Assembly (NCBI GenBank): GCA_913056155.1
Contig: CAJXMT010000001.1
Coordinates: 2,976 to 66,975, forward strand
DNA from: an uncultured Cryomorphaceae bacterium
GTDB taxonomy: Bacteria; Bacteroidota; Bacteroidia; Flavobacteriales_G; Salibacteraceae
Length of the DNA stretch: 64,000 bases
Direction: 5' to 3'
The notes beneath the pieces are model-generated. The model was given only the letters and a program-made list of their open reading frames with translations. It did not search any database and was not told the DNA's origin. The translations under genes were made by a program, and so were the position numbers. Numbering within the stretch: position 1 is the first letter of the stretch; every line of letters begins with the position of its first letter. Positions 37,471 through 48,200 of the stretch are shown here, in pieces.

Positions 37471-37484
37471 GGTTCTGACCAAAA
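37471..37484 (-). repeat. iterated 14-mer, exact copy (intergenic)
   Basis: The plus strand reads GGTTCTGACCAAAA. Lies between the purS stop and the start of 36306..37424. Confidence 0.9.
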
Positions 37485-37487
37485 AAA

Positions 37488-37748
37488 TTATGCGTTTTGC
37501 ATTTCTTCAACTTCAAACTCAAAGTATTCCATAATTTTGTTTGCCAACAGCTTTTCACAAGCTTCACGCGTTACTTGCTCTGCTTGTTCACGCGTTCCCG
37601 CAGTGATGTTCATGGTGATACGCTTACCAACTCGTACTCCATCGACATTAGTAATGCCGAGGTTTTTAAGCCCCTCCGTTACGGCCTTGCCTTGCGGATC
37701 CAACAATACTTCATGCGGTAATATGCTTATTAATGCTTTAAATTCCAT
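37488..37748 (-). CDS. purS: phosphoribosylformylglycinamidine synthase subunit PurS
   Basis: 86 aa with the PHEVLLDPQGKAV...LGI..V..VRVGK pattern. Confidence 0.85.
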   Translation of the reverse strand: MEFKALISILPHEVLLDPQGKAVTEGLKNLGITNVDGVRVGKRITMNITAGTREQAEQVTREACEKLLANKIMEYFEFEVEEMQNA

Positions 37749-38611
37749 TACTTGAATCGTTTAAATATGAATAATACGAATGAATAAAGTATGTACAAAA
37801 GTATAATTATCGGCACTACTGAATAATCCAAAAAAGGGAAATTGAATTGACGTAAAGCAGGAAGATACGGAATGAACACAAAAATACTGATAAGCAACAG
37901 CATAAGTATGAATCCAAAGCGCTCCTTATTCTGGATCAAGTTGAAATTTTTGAATTTAAAATTAAGTAAAGGGATCGGCGCTACCAATAAAAATGCTGAA
38001 ATGAATGAAACCGTTATATGAAACACGGGGTTCCATAGTGTAGTAAGCAGCCAAAACTCGTAGGGTCCCAATAAATGCATCCTGATAATAAGACTCAGCG
38101 TTTCCAAGTCATCAACAGGGTTATAAAAATTTACGTTGAGTTGCCATTGCATGATTAATGGAAAAGAGGCGATGAAAAACGCATTTGCCGGTGTGGGTAC
38201 TCCAATAAAATTATCGGTTTGTTTGGTGTCTATATTAAAAATAGCCAGCCGGAGTACAGAAAAAAGGGTGACGAGTAATCCGCAACACGCCAATAATTGG
38301 TTTGAAAAAGGCCTTTCAAAGAATGGTGTGTAGTAGTCGCCCAGCCCTATTGATATCCATTGAAAGAGCATAATACCGGGAAGTACACCAAATGTGACCG
38401 CATCGGCCAATGAATCGAGTTGCTTCCCGAGCTCTCCGCTGACATGAAGCAATCGCGCGGCAAATCCATCGAAAAAATCAAGTGCCCCGGCAATCACAAC
38501 AAAAACAGAGGCGAGCAACATAGCTCCTTCAAAGCAAGCTATGATACCCAAGCACCCGCAAAGTAAATTACCTATGGTAAACGAATTGGGTACAGCAGCT
38601 CTCACATTCAT
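37748..38611 (-). CDS. pssA: CDP-alcohol phosphatidyltransferase (phosphatidylserine synthase-like)
   Basis: DGFAARLLHVSGELGKQLDSLADAVTFG matches the DG(x2)AR(x8)G(x3)D(x3)D motif. The start is set at MNVRAAV. Confidence 0.7.
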   Translation of the reverse strand: MNVRAAVPNSFTIGNLLCGCLGIIACFEGAMLLASVFVVIAGALDFFDGFAARLLHVSGELGKQLDSLADAVTFGVLPGIMLFQWISIGLGDYYTPFFERPFSNQLLACCGLLVTLFSVLRLAIFNIDTKQTDNFIGVPTPANAFFIASFPLIMQWQLNVNFYNPVDDLETLSLIIRMHLLGPYEFWLLTTLWNPVFHITVSFISAFLLVAPIPLLNFKFKNFNLIQNKERFGFILMLLLISIFVFIPYLPALRQFNFPFLDYSVVPIIILLYILYSFVLFIFKRFK

Positions 38612-38660
38612 GTGACAAAGGTAATTTATCCCCGAAGAGGAATAGGTACGTGCCGGCAAA

Positions 38661-38692
38661 AATTAAAAAAGCCCGAATCAATTGATTCAGGC
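38661..38692 (-). terminator. intrinsic terminator after the 623-aa T9SS cargo gene
   Basis: On the minus strand, GCCTGAATCAATTGATTCGGGC followed by TTTTTTAATTTTT. Confidence 0.7.
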
Positions 38693-38716
38693 TTTCGATG
38701 CTGGTTTTTATCAAAT

Positions 38717-40588
38717 TTAATTGATGGTGATGCGCTCTACGGAAATAACATGAGAGCCCGCAGTGATTTTCACTAAATACACTCCCGAGGCTATACCGTT
38801 TAATTCAACAGGGTGGACATAATTGCCGGTTACTTCACCGAGTTGCTCGGTTTGTATCACTCGACCTTGAATATCCATCACCTGCAATTTTACATCTTGC
38901 AAATTGTCGGTTTTAAAATCAACGTTAAATCGACCTGAGTTCGGATTAGGGTAAATAGACAACCCGGATGGGTTTTGAATTTTTCCTGATGAAACGGGAT
39001 CCACACCTATTAGTTCATCGGTAGAGCGTTGACCGCATAAATTGAAGGCGGTTAATCGCACCGTATAATTTCCCGGTTGAACGTAAAGGTGCGTGGGTTC
39101 AAAATCAGTAGAAGTTTGGCCGTCACCAAAGTCCCACAGATACGAAGTAGCATCTTGCGTATTGTTGGTAAAAATTAATGAAAGATAATCTCTGTTTTGC
39201 GTAAACGAGGGATTGGGTAATTCATAAATTTCAACATCTACCGAATCGGAAGATAAACACGTTTGTGTGGGATCTGTAGCTTGCACCCAGTATGTTCCGG
39301 ATTGAGTAACTGTAATTCTTGTACCTTGAGAACCGTTACTCCAAAGGTAATTCGCTCTTGGTTTATTACCCTGTAACGTGACGCCGCCGTCAATTGCACA
39401 ACCCCAAACAGTTGTATCGGGTAAATCTACAGGAGTATCTTCGACTACATTAATTTCATATTCATGTTGACAGCCGGTGTTATTATCGGTGATTGTAACC
39501 TCATATATACCTCCTTGATTCACGGTAATTTGGGGTAGACCTGCCCCGGTACTCCACTGGTGTGCTGCAAAGCCGACTCCGGTTGATAAGGTTTTGGTTT
39601 CACCCGGACAAATCAGCTCTTCTGTAGCCATATTGGATGTGGTAAATGTTGGTATGGTAAAAGTCGCGGTGTCATTGAGATTAAAAATATCAGGAACTCC
39701 GTTGGGATTGGCTGTCCACACTTTTATCACATCACCTTGAGCGAAAGGAAAATTACCTACATAAATTGCGGGAGAGGTTGAAAAGGGAGGTAAAAATCCG
39801 TTCCATACCAAGGGTAATTGGTTAACTCCGTTCACGCTCCACTCGATTCGCACATTGGTAACGGGATCAGGACTGATGGTTGTTATTTTCACTTCCAAAT
39901 CCTCACTTAAACATTCCGGAATTCCCGGCTTCACAATTTCCGCCACACCCGCATCATCCGGAGCGCAGCCGAAGACTTCAATTAAATCCACGGCCAAATC
40001 TCCGCGAAAAGATCCGGTTCTCGAATACTTGAATTTGAGATAGATTTGCTGTGTAGCAAAGTTACTCAAATCCGCTGTGTCTTGAACGTAAGGGGCATTT
40101 GAACTTGTTTGTATTTGTGATGTAAAACTTCTGCTATACACATTTGTCCAAGGTCCTGTAGGACTCGTTGAAACTTCAACGTCCAAGGTATTTCCTGCCA
40201 TATCGGTTCCATAAGCGTGCAACCAAAATGTAACCATGGCAAAACCACCCACATTACTCAAATCAATTTGGGGAGAAATCATCTCGTTGGTATTTGATCC
40301 TCCTGATGTTTCAAAGTACACATATTGATTTCCAACATGTGCTCCTGAGGGACCGGTATTAGAAGAGGTGGTAGTTCCCGTGTTCAGATTCCATTGACCG
40401 CTTGTGCCAAAAGCAGTATTAGCAATACCTGTCCAGCCGCCTACGCCGCCGGACCAGTCTTCTGCGAAAGGCTTTAAGGCACTTGCAGTATCGCAGGGGA
40501 ATAACACTTGGGCTGATGCGCCGTAAGCGAAAAGCAACCCTAGAGAAGTTAGAATTGCCGGTAAGATTTGCGTAACTCTTTTTATCAT
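38717..40588 (-). CDS. T9SS-sorted surface protein (N-terminal MAM-like region, PKD domain, C-terminal sorting domain)
   Basis: Signal peptide. PKD signature YLWDFGDGQTS...GNYTVRLTA. C-terminus LSIYPNPNSGRFNV...GVYLVKI. Confidence 0.7.
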   Translation of the reverse strand: MIKRVTQILPAILTSLGLLFAYGASAQVLFPCDTASALKPFAEDWSGGVGGWTGIANTAFGTSGQWNLNTGTTTSSNTGPSGAHVGNQYVYFETSGGSNTNEMISPQIDLSNVGGFAMVTFWLHAYGTDMAGNTLDVEVSTSPTGPWTNVYSRSFTSQIQTSSNAPYVQDTADLSNFATQQIYLKFKYSRTGSFRGDLAVDLIEVFGCAPDDAGVAEIVKPGIPECLSEDLEVKITTISPDPVTNVRIEWSVNGVNQLPLVWNGFLPPFSTSPAIYVGNFPFAQGDVIKVWTANPNGVPDIFNLNDTATFTIPTFTTSNMATEELICPGETKTLSTGVGFAAHQWSTGAGLPQITVNQGGIYEVTITDNNTGCQHEYEINVVEDTPVDLPDTTVWGCAIDGGVTLQGNKPRANYLWSNGSQGTRITVTQSGTYWVQATDPTQTCLSSDSVDVEIYELPNPSFTQNRDYLSLIFTNNTQDATSYLWDFGDGQTSTDFEPTHLYVQPGNYTVRLTAFNLCGQRSTDELIGVDPVSSGKIQNPSGLSIYPNPNSGRFNVDFKTDNLQDVKLQVMDIQGRVIQTEQLGEVTGNYVHPVELNGIASGVYLVKITAGSHVISVERITIN

Positions 40589-40594
40589 AATAAC

Positions 40595-41929
40595 TTATTT
40601 TAGCGTGATTTTTCTAGTCTGCATTACTTCTTTTTGATTCGTTTTTGAAACGACATTCAAAAGATAGACTCCGCTCGGTTGATCAGAAATATCAATAGTC
40701 CATGTTTCAACCGAGCTGTTTAATTTGTTTTCGAATATTTTTCTGCCTTGCAAATCAAAAAGCTGAATAACGAAAGCCTCAGCTTCTAAAAATCTTTTTG
40801 CAAAGCTCACATGCAATACATCATTAGCCGGATTTGGAAAGACATTTATGCCGCGCCCGCCCGCGCTTGATTCCTCAACAGATGTACTATTTTCACGATC
40901 TACCGTAAATTCTTGCGTTGCAGTATCTGAAAAGCAATTATTTTCCGCAATTAATGTAATCGTATAAGTTCCATCAGTTGCATATCGACGAGACGGATTT
41001 ACATCTTGAGATGTAGCATTATCACCAAAATCCCAAAAATAATCGGTCGCTTCTGTTGATTGATTTTGAAAAGCAACAGTCAAATAACCAATAGAGCCCG
41101 TAAAACCCGCAGTTACCGGGAATAAAAAATCAACCTCAACTGTGTCAGATGAAGTACAAGTACCTGATGTATCTGTAACTTCAACCCAGTATTTACCTGA
41201 CGATTGAACATCAATCGTGTTTGAGGATTCTCCGGTACTCCAATTGAAAGTTCCTAAATTCAAATTTGTACTTAAATTAACGTCATCACCGTCACAACCC
41301 TCCAGCGGATTATTTGGAAGTCGTACAGGGTTTTCAGCCGCGACAAACACCGTATAGTTTTGCTCACAACCCGTCACCACATCTTCAGTTGTCACCCGGT
41401 ATTGACCGGCACTTGTAACCGTAATTGCAGAGGTTGAAGCACCTGTATTCCAAGTGTGTCTGGCAAAAGTAACTTCAGTATCAATAATTAAGCTTCCATC
41501 CTCACAGAGCAGCCTTCTGTTAGGCAAATTTGCTTTTTGAAAAATAGGTATTTCATATCGAAGGGAGTCATTAGAGGTATTGGCATCATTACTTCCGCTC
41601 GGATTTGTTGTCCAAACCAACAATTCATCTCCGGGATTGAAGTTATAGTTCCCCACAAATATGGGCTGAGGCGAGTTGCTGTTCGAGTTTATGAATCCCG
41701 ACCAATTCACGGGAGATTGCACTTGGCCATTTACTCTCCAGTTAATTGTTACATTGGTCAAAGCACTTGAGGCTGCATTTACTACGGTAACATAAACATC
41801 ATCTGATTCGCAATCATCAGGCGGAGCCGGAGAATCGATACTCGCTATTCCGGCATCGTTAGATTGAGCCGTGACCATTCCGGAGGCACATAGAAAAGAC
41901 AATAAGATAATTGGTAAAGCTTTTTTCAT
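40595..41929 (-). CDS. T9SS-sorted surface protein, paralog of 38717..40588
   Basis: Shares the middle region, a PKD domain (YFWDFGDNATS...GTYTITLIA) and the C-terminal INVFPNPANDVLHV...GVYLLNV tail. Confidence 0.7.
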   Translation of the reverse strand: MKKALPIILLSFLCASGMVTAQSNDAGIASIDSPAPPDDCESDDVYVTVVNAASSALTNVTINWRVNGQVQSPVNWSGFINSNSNSPQPIFVGNYNFNPGDELLVWTTNPSGSNDANTSNDSLRYEIPIFQKANLPNRRLLCEDGSLIIDTEVTFARHTWNTGASTSAITVTSAGQYRVTTEDVVTGCEQNYTVFVAAENPVRLPNNPLEGCDGDDVNLSTNLNLGTFNWSTGESSNTIDVQSSGKYWVEVTDTSGTCTSSDTVEVDFLFPVTAGFTGSIGYLTVAFQNQSTEATDYFWDFGDNATSQDVNPSRRYATDGTYTITLIAENNCFSDTATQEFTVDRENSTSVEESSAGGRGINVFPNPANDVLHVSFAKRFLEAEAFVIQLFDLQGRKIFENKLNSSVETWTIDISDQPSGVYLLNVVSKTNQKEVMQTRKITLK

Positions 41930-42200
41930 AGTTTAATATTTAAATACACTGTCAATTGTCGCCAATTTTAAGACGTAATAATTCAAAACTATGTTGCCTG
42001 CATTTTGACATTAGCCAAAATTACAAATAACACAAAATAAAGACATTTTAATTCCAAGTAATTTTATCATACACTTTACAGTTGCAAAGCCGCATAAACT
42101 GCAATTAAACATTTGCAAATCTAATAAATTACTTCAAAAACAATCGCATTCTTTTATTTTTTCATCAGTGTGACTTTTTATCTCCTTCAAAATACACCAT

Positions 42201-42233
42201 AAAAAAAGCCGTCCCCAACTCGTTGGGGACGGC
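42201..42233 (-). terminator. intrinsic terminator after the giant adhesin gene
   Basis: GCCGTCCCCAA-CTCG-TTGGGGACGGC followed by T7 on the minus strand. Confidence 0.8.
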
Positions 42234-42261
42234 TTTACTATGAAAAACTAATCTTTCGCGG

Positions 42262-45200
42262 TTATTGAACCACTACTCGTTTGATTGACATCTCTCCGTC
42301 GCGGATGACTTTTACAAAGTAAACGCCCGCCGCTAAGTTGATGTTCAACTCTTCTACCAGCTCACCGCTCAATCGACCGATGTTCTTACTCAACAATTGC
42401 TTGCCTTGCATGTCCATCACATCTAATTGTACAGGCTCTTCGCTGTTGCCGGTGATGCGTACGTTAAACTGACCGCGGTTCGGGTTGGGATATACCTCAA
42501 AGGTGTTTGTTCCACCCGCCAAGTCTGCAACGCTCACACGTGTCAAAGCAAAGCAATCTGAGGTGTCTTGACATCCCGCCACGTTGATGATCAACGCAAA
42601 GTCACCATTGGCGGCAGGCTCGAAGTATTGGCCGCTTGCGCCGGCTACAATCTCCTCGGCCTCACAATCCCACCACTGATAGGTAACATCGCTGCCCGCT
42701 GCATTCGCAATTAACGCTCCGTTGTTTTCTACCACTAATGAAGTGTCAATTTGCGCAGGCTCTTCAATTTCAACAGTGCCCGTTGCCATACATCCGTTGG
42801 CATCCGTAACAGTGATTTCATTGATTCCCGCAGGCAAGTTGTTCGCCGTAGCAGTTTGCGTTCCGCTTGTCCAGCTGTAGCTGTAAGGCATCGTGCCGCC
42901 TTGAACTACCGCTTCTCCGCTACCGTTCGCATAGCCGAAGCATGTCGCATCTTCATCATTCTCAATGCTTACCGCAAGTACGTCAGGCTCTGAAAGTGAA
43001 ACACTGTCCTCAATCATACAGCCGTTTGCGTCTGTTACGGTTACATGTACCATGCCCGCTCCCAAGTTTGAAGCGTTCATGGTTGAGTCGCTGTTGCTCC
43101 ATGCGAAGCTGTAAGGGCTTGTGCCGCCTTGAACATTCACCATTACTTCGCCGTCTGTTTCACCGTTACAGGTGATTTCAGAGGTAATGCTGAGCGATGT
43201 TGTCAAAGCCGAAGGCTCATTCACGAAGTTGCTCAAGATGGTGTTACAGCCGTTGGCGTCCGATACGGTTACCAAGTACAAGCCGGCCGTTAGGCTGTCT
43301 GCTGTGGCATTGGTATCGCCGTTACTCCAATTGTAGCTGTAAGGGCTTGTGCCGCCGCTTACCACTGCTTCAAGCTCTCCGTCAGAACCACCGTTGCAGC
43401 CTACGTGGGTAGCACTCAATGAAGCGCTCAATGCTGTAGGCTCGGTAATAGTAGTACTTACTATCGTGTTACATCCGTTGGCATCGGTTACTGTTACATC
43501 GTAACTTCCCGCTCCCAAGCCGGTAGCTGTGGGGTTTCCTTGGTTATTACTCCATGCGTACGTGTATCCGGGTGTGCCGCCTGCTGCAGTTACGGTTGCC
43601 GTTCCGTTGTTCGCTCCAAAGCAGGTCACATCTGTGGTGTTGCTGATGGAAGCTGTCAACGCTGAAGGCTCACCAATCACTACTGACGATATTGAGGTAC
43701 AGCCGTTGTCATCTGTTACGGTGACATCGTAAGAACCTTGTGAAAGACCCATCGCCATAGCGCCCGTTGAGGCGTTACTCCATGCATAAGTATAAGGCGA
43801 CGTTCCGCCTTGTGCAACTGCTGTGGCTGTTCCGTCACTGCCGCCGTTACAGCTCACATCTTGAGACGATAATATCACTGATTGTAAAGCTGAAGGCTGA
43901 CTGATGTTTACACTTTGAAGCGTTTGACAGTTGTTATCATCTGTAATCGTAACAATGTAACTACCTGCACTCAAGCCGGTTTGAGTTGCGCCCGTACCTG
44001 CATTACTCCAAGTATAAGTGTAAGGAGCTGTACCGCCTGCGGCTGCAACTGTTCCTTCACCGTCATTACCGCCGTTACAGCTTACATTTGTTGTGCTTGT
44101 AACTGAGGCAGTAAGCGGTGCTGCAGGTTGTGAAACCGTTACAGGGCCGCCCACTACTTGACAGCCATTCGCATCAGTTACCGTACCGCTGTAAGAACCG
44201 GGTGCTAAGCCCGAAATCGAAGGTGAGTTCGAGTTGTTGCTCCAGTTATAGCTGTAGGGCAATGTGCCGCCGGCTACCGAAACTTGAATAGATCCGTTGG
44301 CCGCGCCGTTACAGGTTACATCATTAACTGTAGCCGAAGTGATCTCCAATGTATCGGGATCATTTAATGAAACGGTACCTACAATTGAACAGCCCAATGA
44401 ATCTGTTACGGTTACGGAATAATTACCGCCCGATACACTACTCAAAGTGGAAGCGGTAGTACTGTTTGACCAGTTGTAAGAGTATGGCATTGCGCCGCCC
44501 GATACCGAAACCTGAACTTCGCCATCTGTATCCTCAGCACAATCAATATCATTAATAATGTTGAATGATAAGGAAGGTGCGCCGGCATCTGAAACGTTAG
44601 CCGAGTCAATACTCACACAACCATTGCCGTCTGTTACGGTAACAGTATATGATGTTCCGCCGGCTAAACCGCTTTCTGTGGCAGCACTGCCGCCGCTTGA
44701 CCATGCATAACTGTAAGGTGATACACCTCCCGTTGCAGTTACCGATAGCTCACCATCATTGTTTCCGCATGACGAAGGTGTCATAGTAAACGAAAGTGGA
44801 AATTGCGCAGGGTTGGTTAAAGTAACTGTACCTGTATCTGATACATTATTGGCGTCTGTTACAATTACAGTGTAAGAACCTGCCGCCAATCCGGTTGCTA
44901 AATTACCTGTTCGAAGCGGATCATCACTCCATGAATAGGTAAATGGCGCTTGACCGCCCAATGAAGTCACTTCTATACTGCCATCTGTTCCTTGGTTACA
45001 TGAAGGATCGTTGGCTGCTACCACATCCAACTCTGTAAATGCAACTACAACTGTAGCTGTATCATACACAGTACCGCAAGGCGTTCCTGTATATTCTGCT
45101 ACGTACTCATAAATACCGGGAACCGTAAATGGCCCTACAGTTGTTTCTACGTTGGTATCAATTACGCTTGATTGGAAATTCCAAGTGAAACCCGTAAGGC

Positions 45201-48200
45201 TTGCCGGTGCGGGAACTGTTACGTTAGTGTTTACAACATTGGCATCTTGAGGATTTCCTGCTGTCACCACAGTCCAATTCGTAACACTGTTCACATCTGC
45301 ACCTTCCAATCTCATACCTGCCGTGCCACTGGTGCTGGAGGTGTTTCCCGACCAATCTGCTGCAGTAACATTAGAAGCTGCAGGAAATGTATATCCCGAG
45401 AAACCTGAATAACCCACAGCATCCACGATATTTCCTGAGGGGTCTAACAAAATTCTACCTGCACTCCCGCCGGAACTAAAACCTCCCGTGTATGTGCCGT
45501 TAGCGTGGTAATAGAAGTTCGAAGGACTTGGAGTACTTCCACCCAATTGACCAACACCAAAAACCGCTGTTCCATTCGGGCCTAAAACAGTTCCTGGCGG
45601 AAAGGTATAGGTGCCGTTCAAGGCTGATGTTGACCATTGCTCTAGAGTGAACCCGGCTAAATCGCTGTTCGGAACACCTGTAATTTCAATATAATCATCA
45701 GCTTGTAACCAAGCTGCACTATTTCCGCCTGTACCGAAGCCGTTGTAATGACAAATTTCAGTAAAGAAAAAGTCGCCACCGGGGAAAAACGGGGATTGGG
45801 CCGTTAAATCAACGCTGTCACCACTCACAACTACTGTATCTATTTTTGGAGAAACAGCCAACAACGGATCTACAGTTAATGTAGCCGACATAATCAAGGT
45901 GTCATTAACGGCTACATCATTTACTCCATTTGTATCAATATAAGCTAGGGAAACCGTGTAAGTTCCAGGCAACGACATATTAACACCGTCGCCGCCGAAT
46001 TCAACAGAATTCGAAACAGCCAAATTACCCGTGTTTACAGTTATGCTGCCGTTTGAATTTACAGGACCGGTCACTTGCCATGTAAAGTTCAACGGATCGT
46101 TGCTGAAATCAATCGTTGAACCCAAATTATTGGTTACAGTAAAATAAATACTGTCATTACTTCCCAAGCATTCACTGTTTGCCAAATTCACCTCATCCAA
46201 ACTGACATCTCCGTTTGGAGCGGTGTACTCATATGCACCAATACTCGGGTTATTGGGATCTCTCGGGGCACCATTGATGTCAACAGGTATTTGCGGTATT
46301 CCCAAACCTTCATCGTCGATTAAATTGCTAAATGGAAGTAAATTGTCAAATGCTAAGAAAACCGGGTCGGCAGAAACTGAGTTAGCATCGTTGTTTGCAG
46401 GAGTATTTACACCTTGCAATGTTGCTAAATCAGCTCTTGCGCTACCGTAATAGACAAAGTTACTACCATCGCTGTAGTAGTTATTGTAGTCTATATCCTC
46501 AATACTATTTGTACTGCTTACGTATAACGCATAACCCGAACCGCTTCCCGGTGTATGGGCTAAGTTATTATTCCAAATACGCAAATTAGACGGAGAAGTA
46601 TTGGAAACGTTTAAAGCTCTACCGCTAGGTTGATCGACATTTATACTGTTGTGTACAATATCAATATATTGTGATGAAGTATTCAAAATACGAATACCGC
46701 TGGTAAGCGTCGAATTACTTCGAAATCCACCACCAATGGCATTATTTACAATCGCCGAGCGGTTGGTTGACGTACCTCCGCCATTGGTATTGTAAAACCC
46801 GTTGCGTCCCATTCCGCGAAGTGTATTGCCAGTAATTTGGAAATCATCTGTAGACGAGAAATAAATCGCCGAACTAAAGTCTGTTCCCGTGCTTCGAACT
46901 TCTACCAAGTTATCCGCTATGGTTACTCCGTCATTGCGTAACAAGTAAATGCCGTAATAATACGGGCTATCCAAGTGGTTCCCGGTAATAGTTGTATTTT
47001 GCACTTCGTTACCAAAGTTACCGTTAAATCGAATACCATTGTATCCACCAACAATATGATTGTTTTCAAGTGTAATATTCGATACCCCGGATGCTCCGGT
47101 AGTATAAGATGTGTTGCTACCTGAAACGATTACACCTTCAACAAATGAAGATGTAGATGTAGCATCTGTTTCAAGGTTACAATTTCTCAGCGTAATATCA
47201 GATGTATTATCCATAATATGAACAACCCATCCGTAGGTTCCTGAGCTTTGAGCTTCGATAGTCAAACTATCAAATGTAATATGCGATGAACCATCAAAAC
47301 GAACCGTATAGCGATCATTGCTTTGATTCTGCTCAAAAGTCAATATAGTTGTAGCGGGATCAACACCTTTAAAAGTTACCGTATTGGTAGCAGATGCACC
47401 CGGTATAGCGCCTAAATAAACTTGCTCGTTATAAGTACCCGGTTGAACATCTACGTTTACCGGTCCGCTAATACCACAAACCAACATTTCATTCACAATA
47501 TCAGCAAAAGAGTTGTAGTTTGTACCTGCAGTAGACTGAGAACCATCAATAGTAAAGTTACCTGATAAACCGGCGCCGCAAGAGGTGGTATCTGTAACAG
47601 GACCTGTGTTAGTTGCACTGTCGCCCCCACCGCAATCCGCGCGTACGTAAAAATCATAAATTGTACCCGGGTTCAAACCGGAAACCGTGTAAGGGGATGA
47701 AGTTGTATTGGCCGCAGTTCCCGTGCCGGGCGTAAATCCTGCCGGACCGTACTCCACTACCCAAACCGAACCTGTACCGGGATCCACCCAACTCAAATCT
47801 AAAGAATTCGTACCCACATTTGCAGTTTGCAGCGAATCTACAGGTAAACAAGTAGGAGCTTCTACAACTGAAACGTCATCCAATAAAATGTCATTGTAAA
47901 ATGCAGTTCCTGCAGTTGTTTGATCATTAATAAATCGAATTTCAATGGTGTCATTGGCATAGGCGGTTAAAATAATATCCTCTTGAACCCAGTTGGGATC
48001 ATCACCGGCTAATGAGGCCACATTCGTCCATCCCGAGCCGTTGTTCACTTCAATATGCAAGGTTGTATTATCACCGGGATTATTGGTGTTATTACTGAAC
48101 CACTCAAAAGAAAGCATGGGCACATTCAACGCCGTAACATCAATTAAAGGTGTTGTTAAAGTTACGTCAGCAGTAGCCGGAGTTGAACCATCCGTCCACG

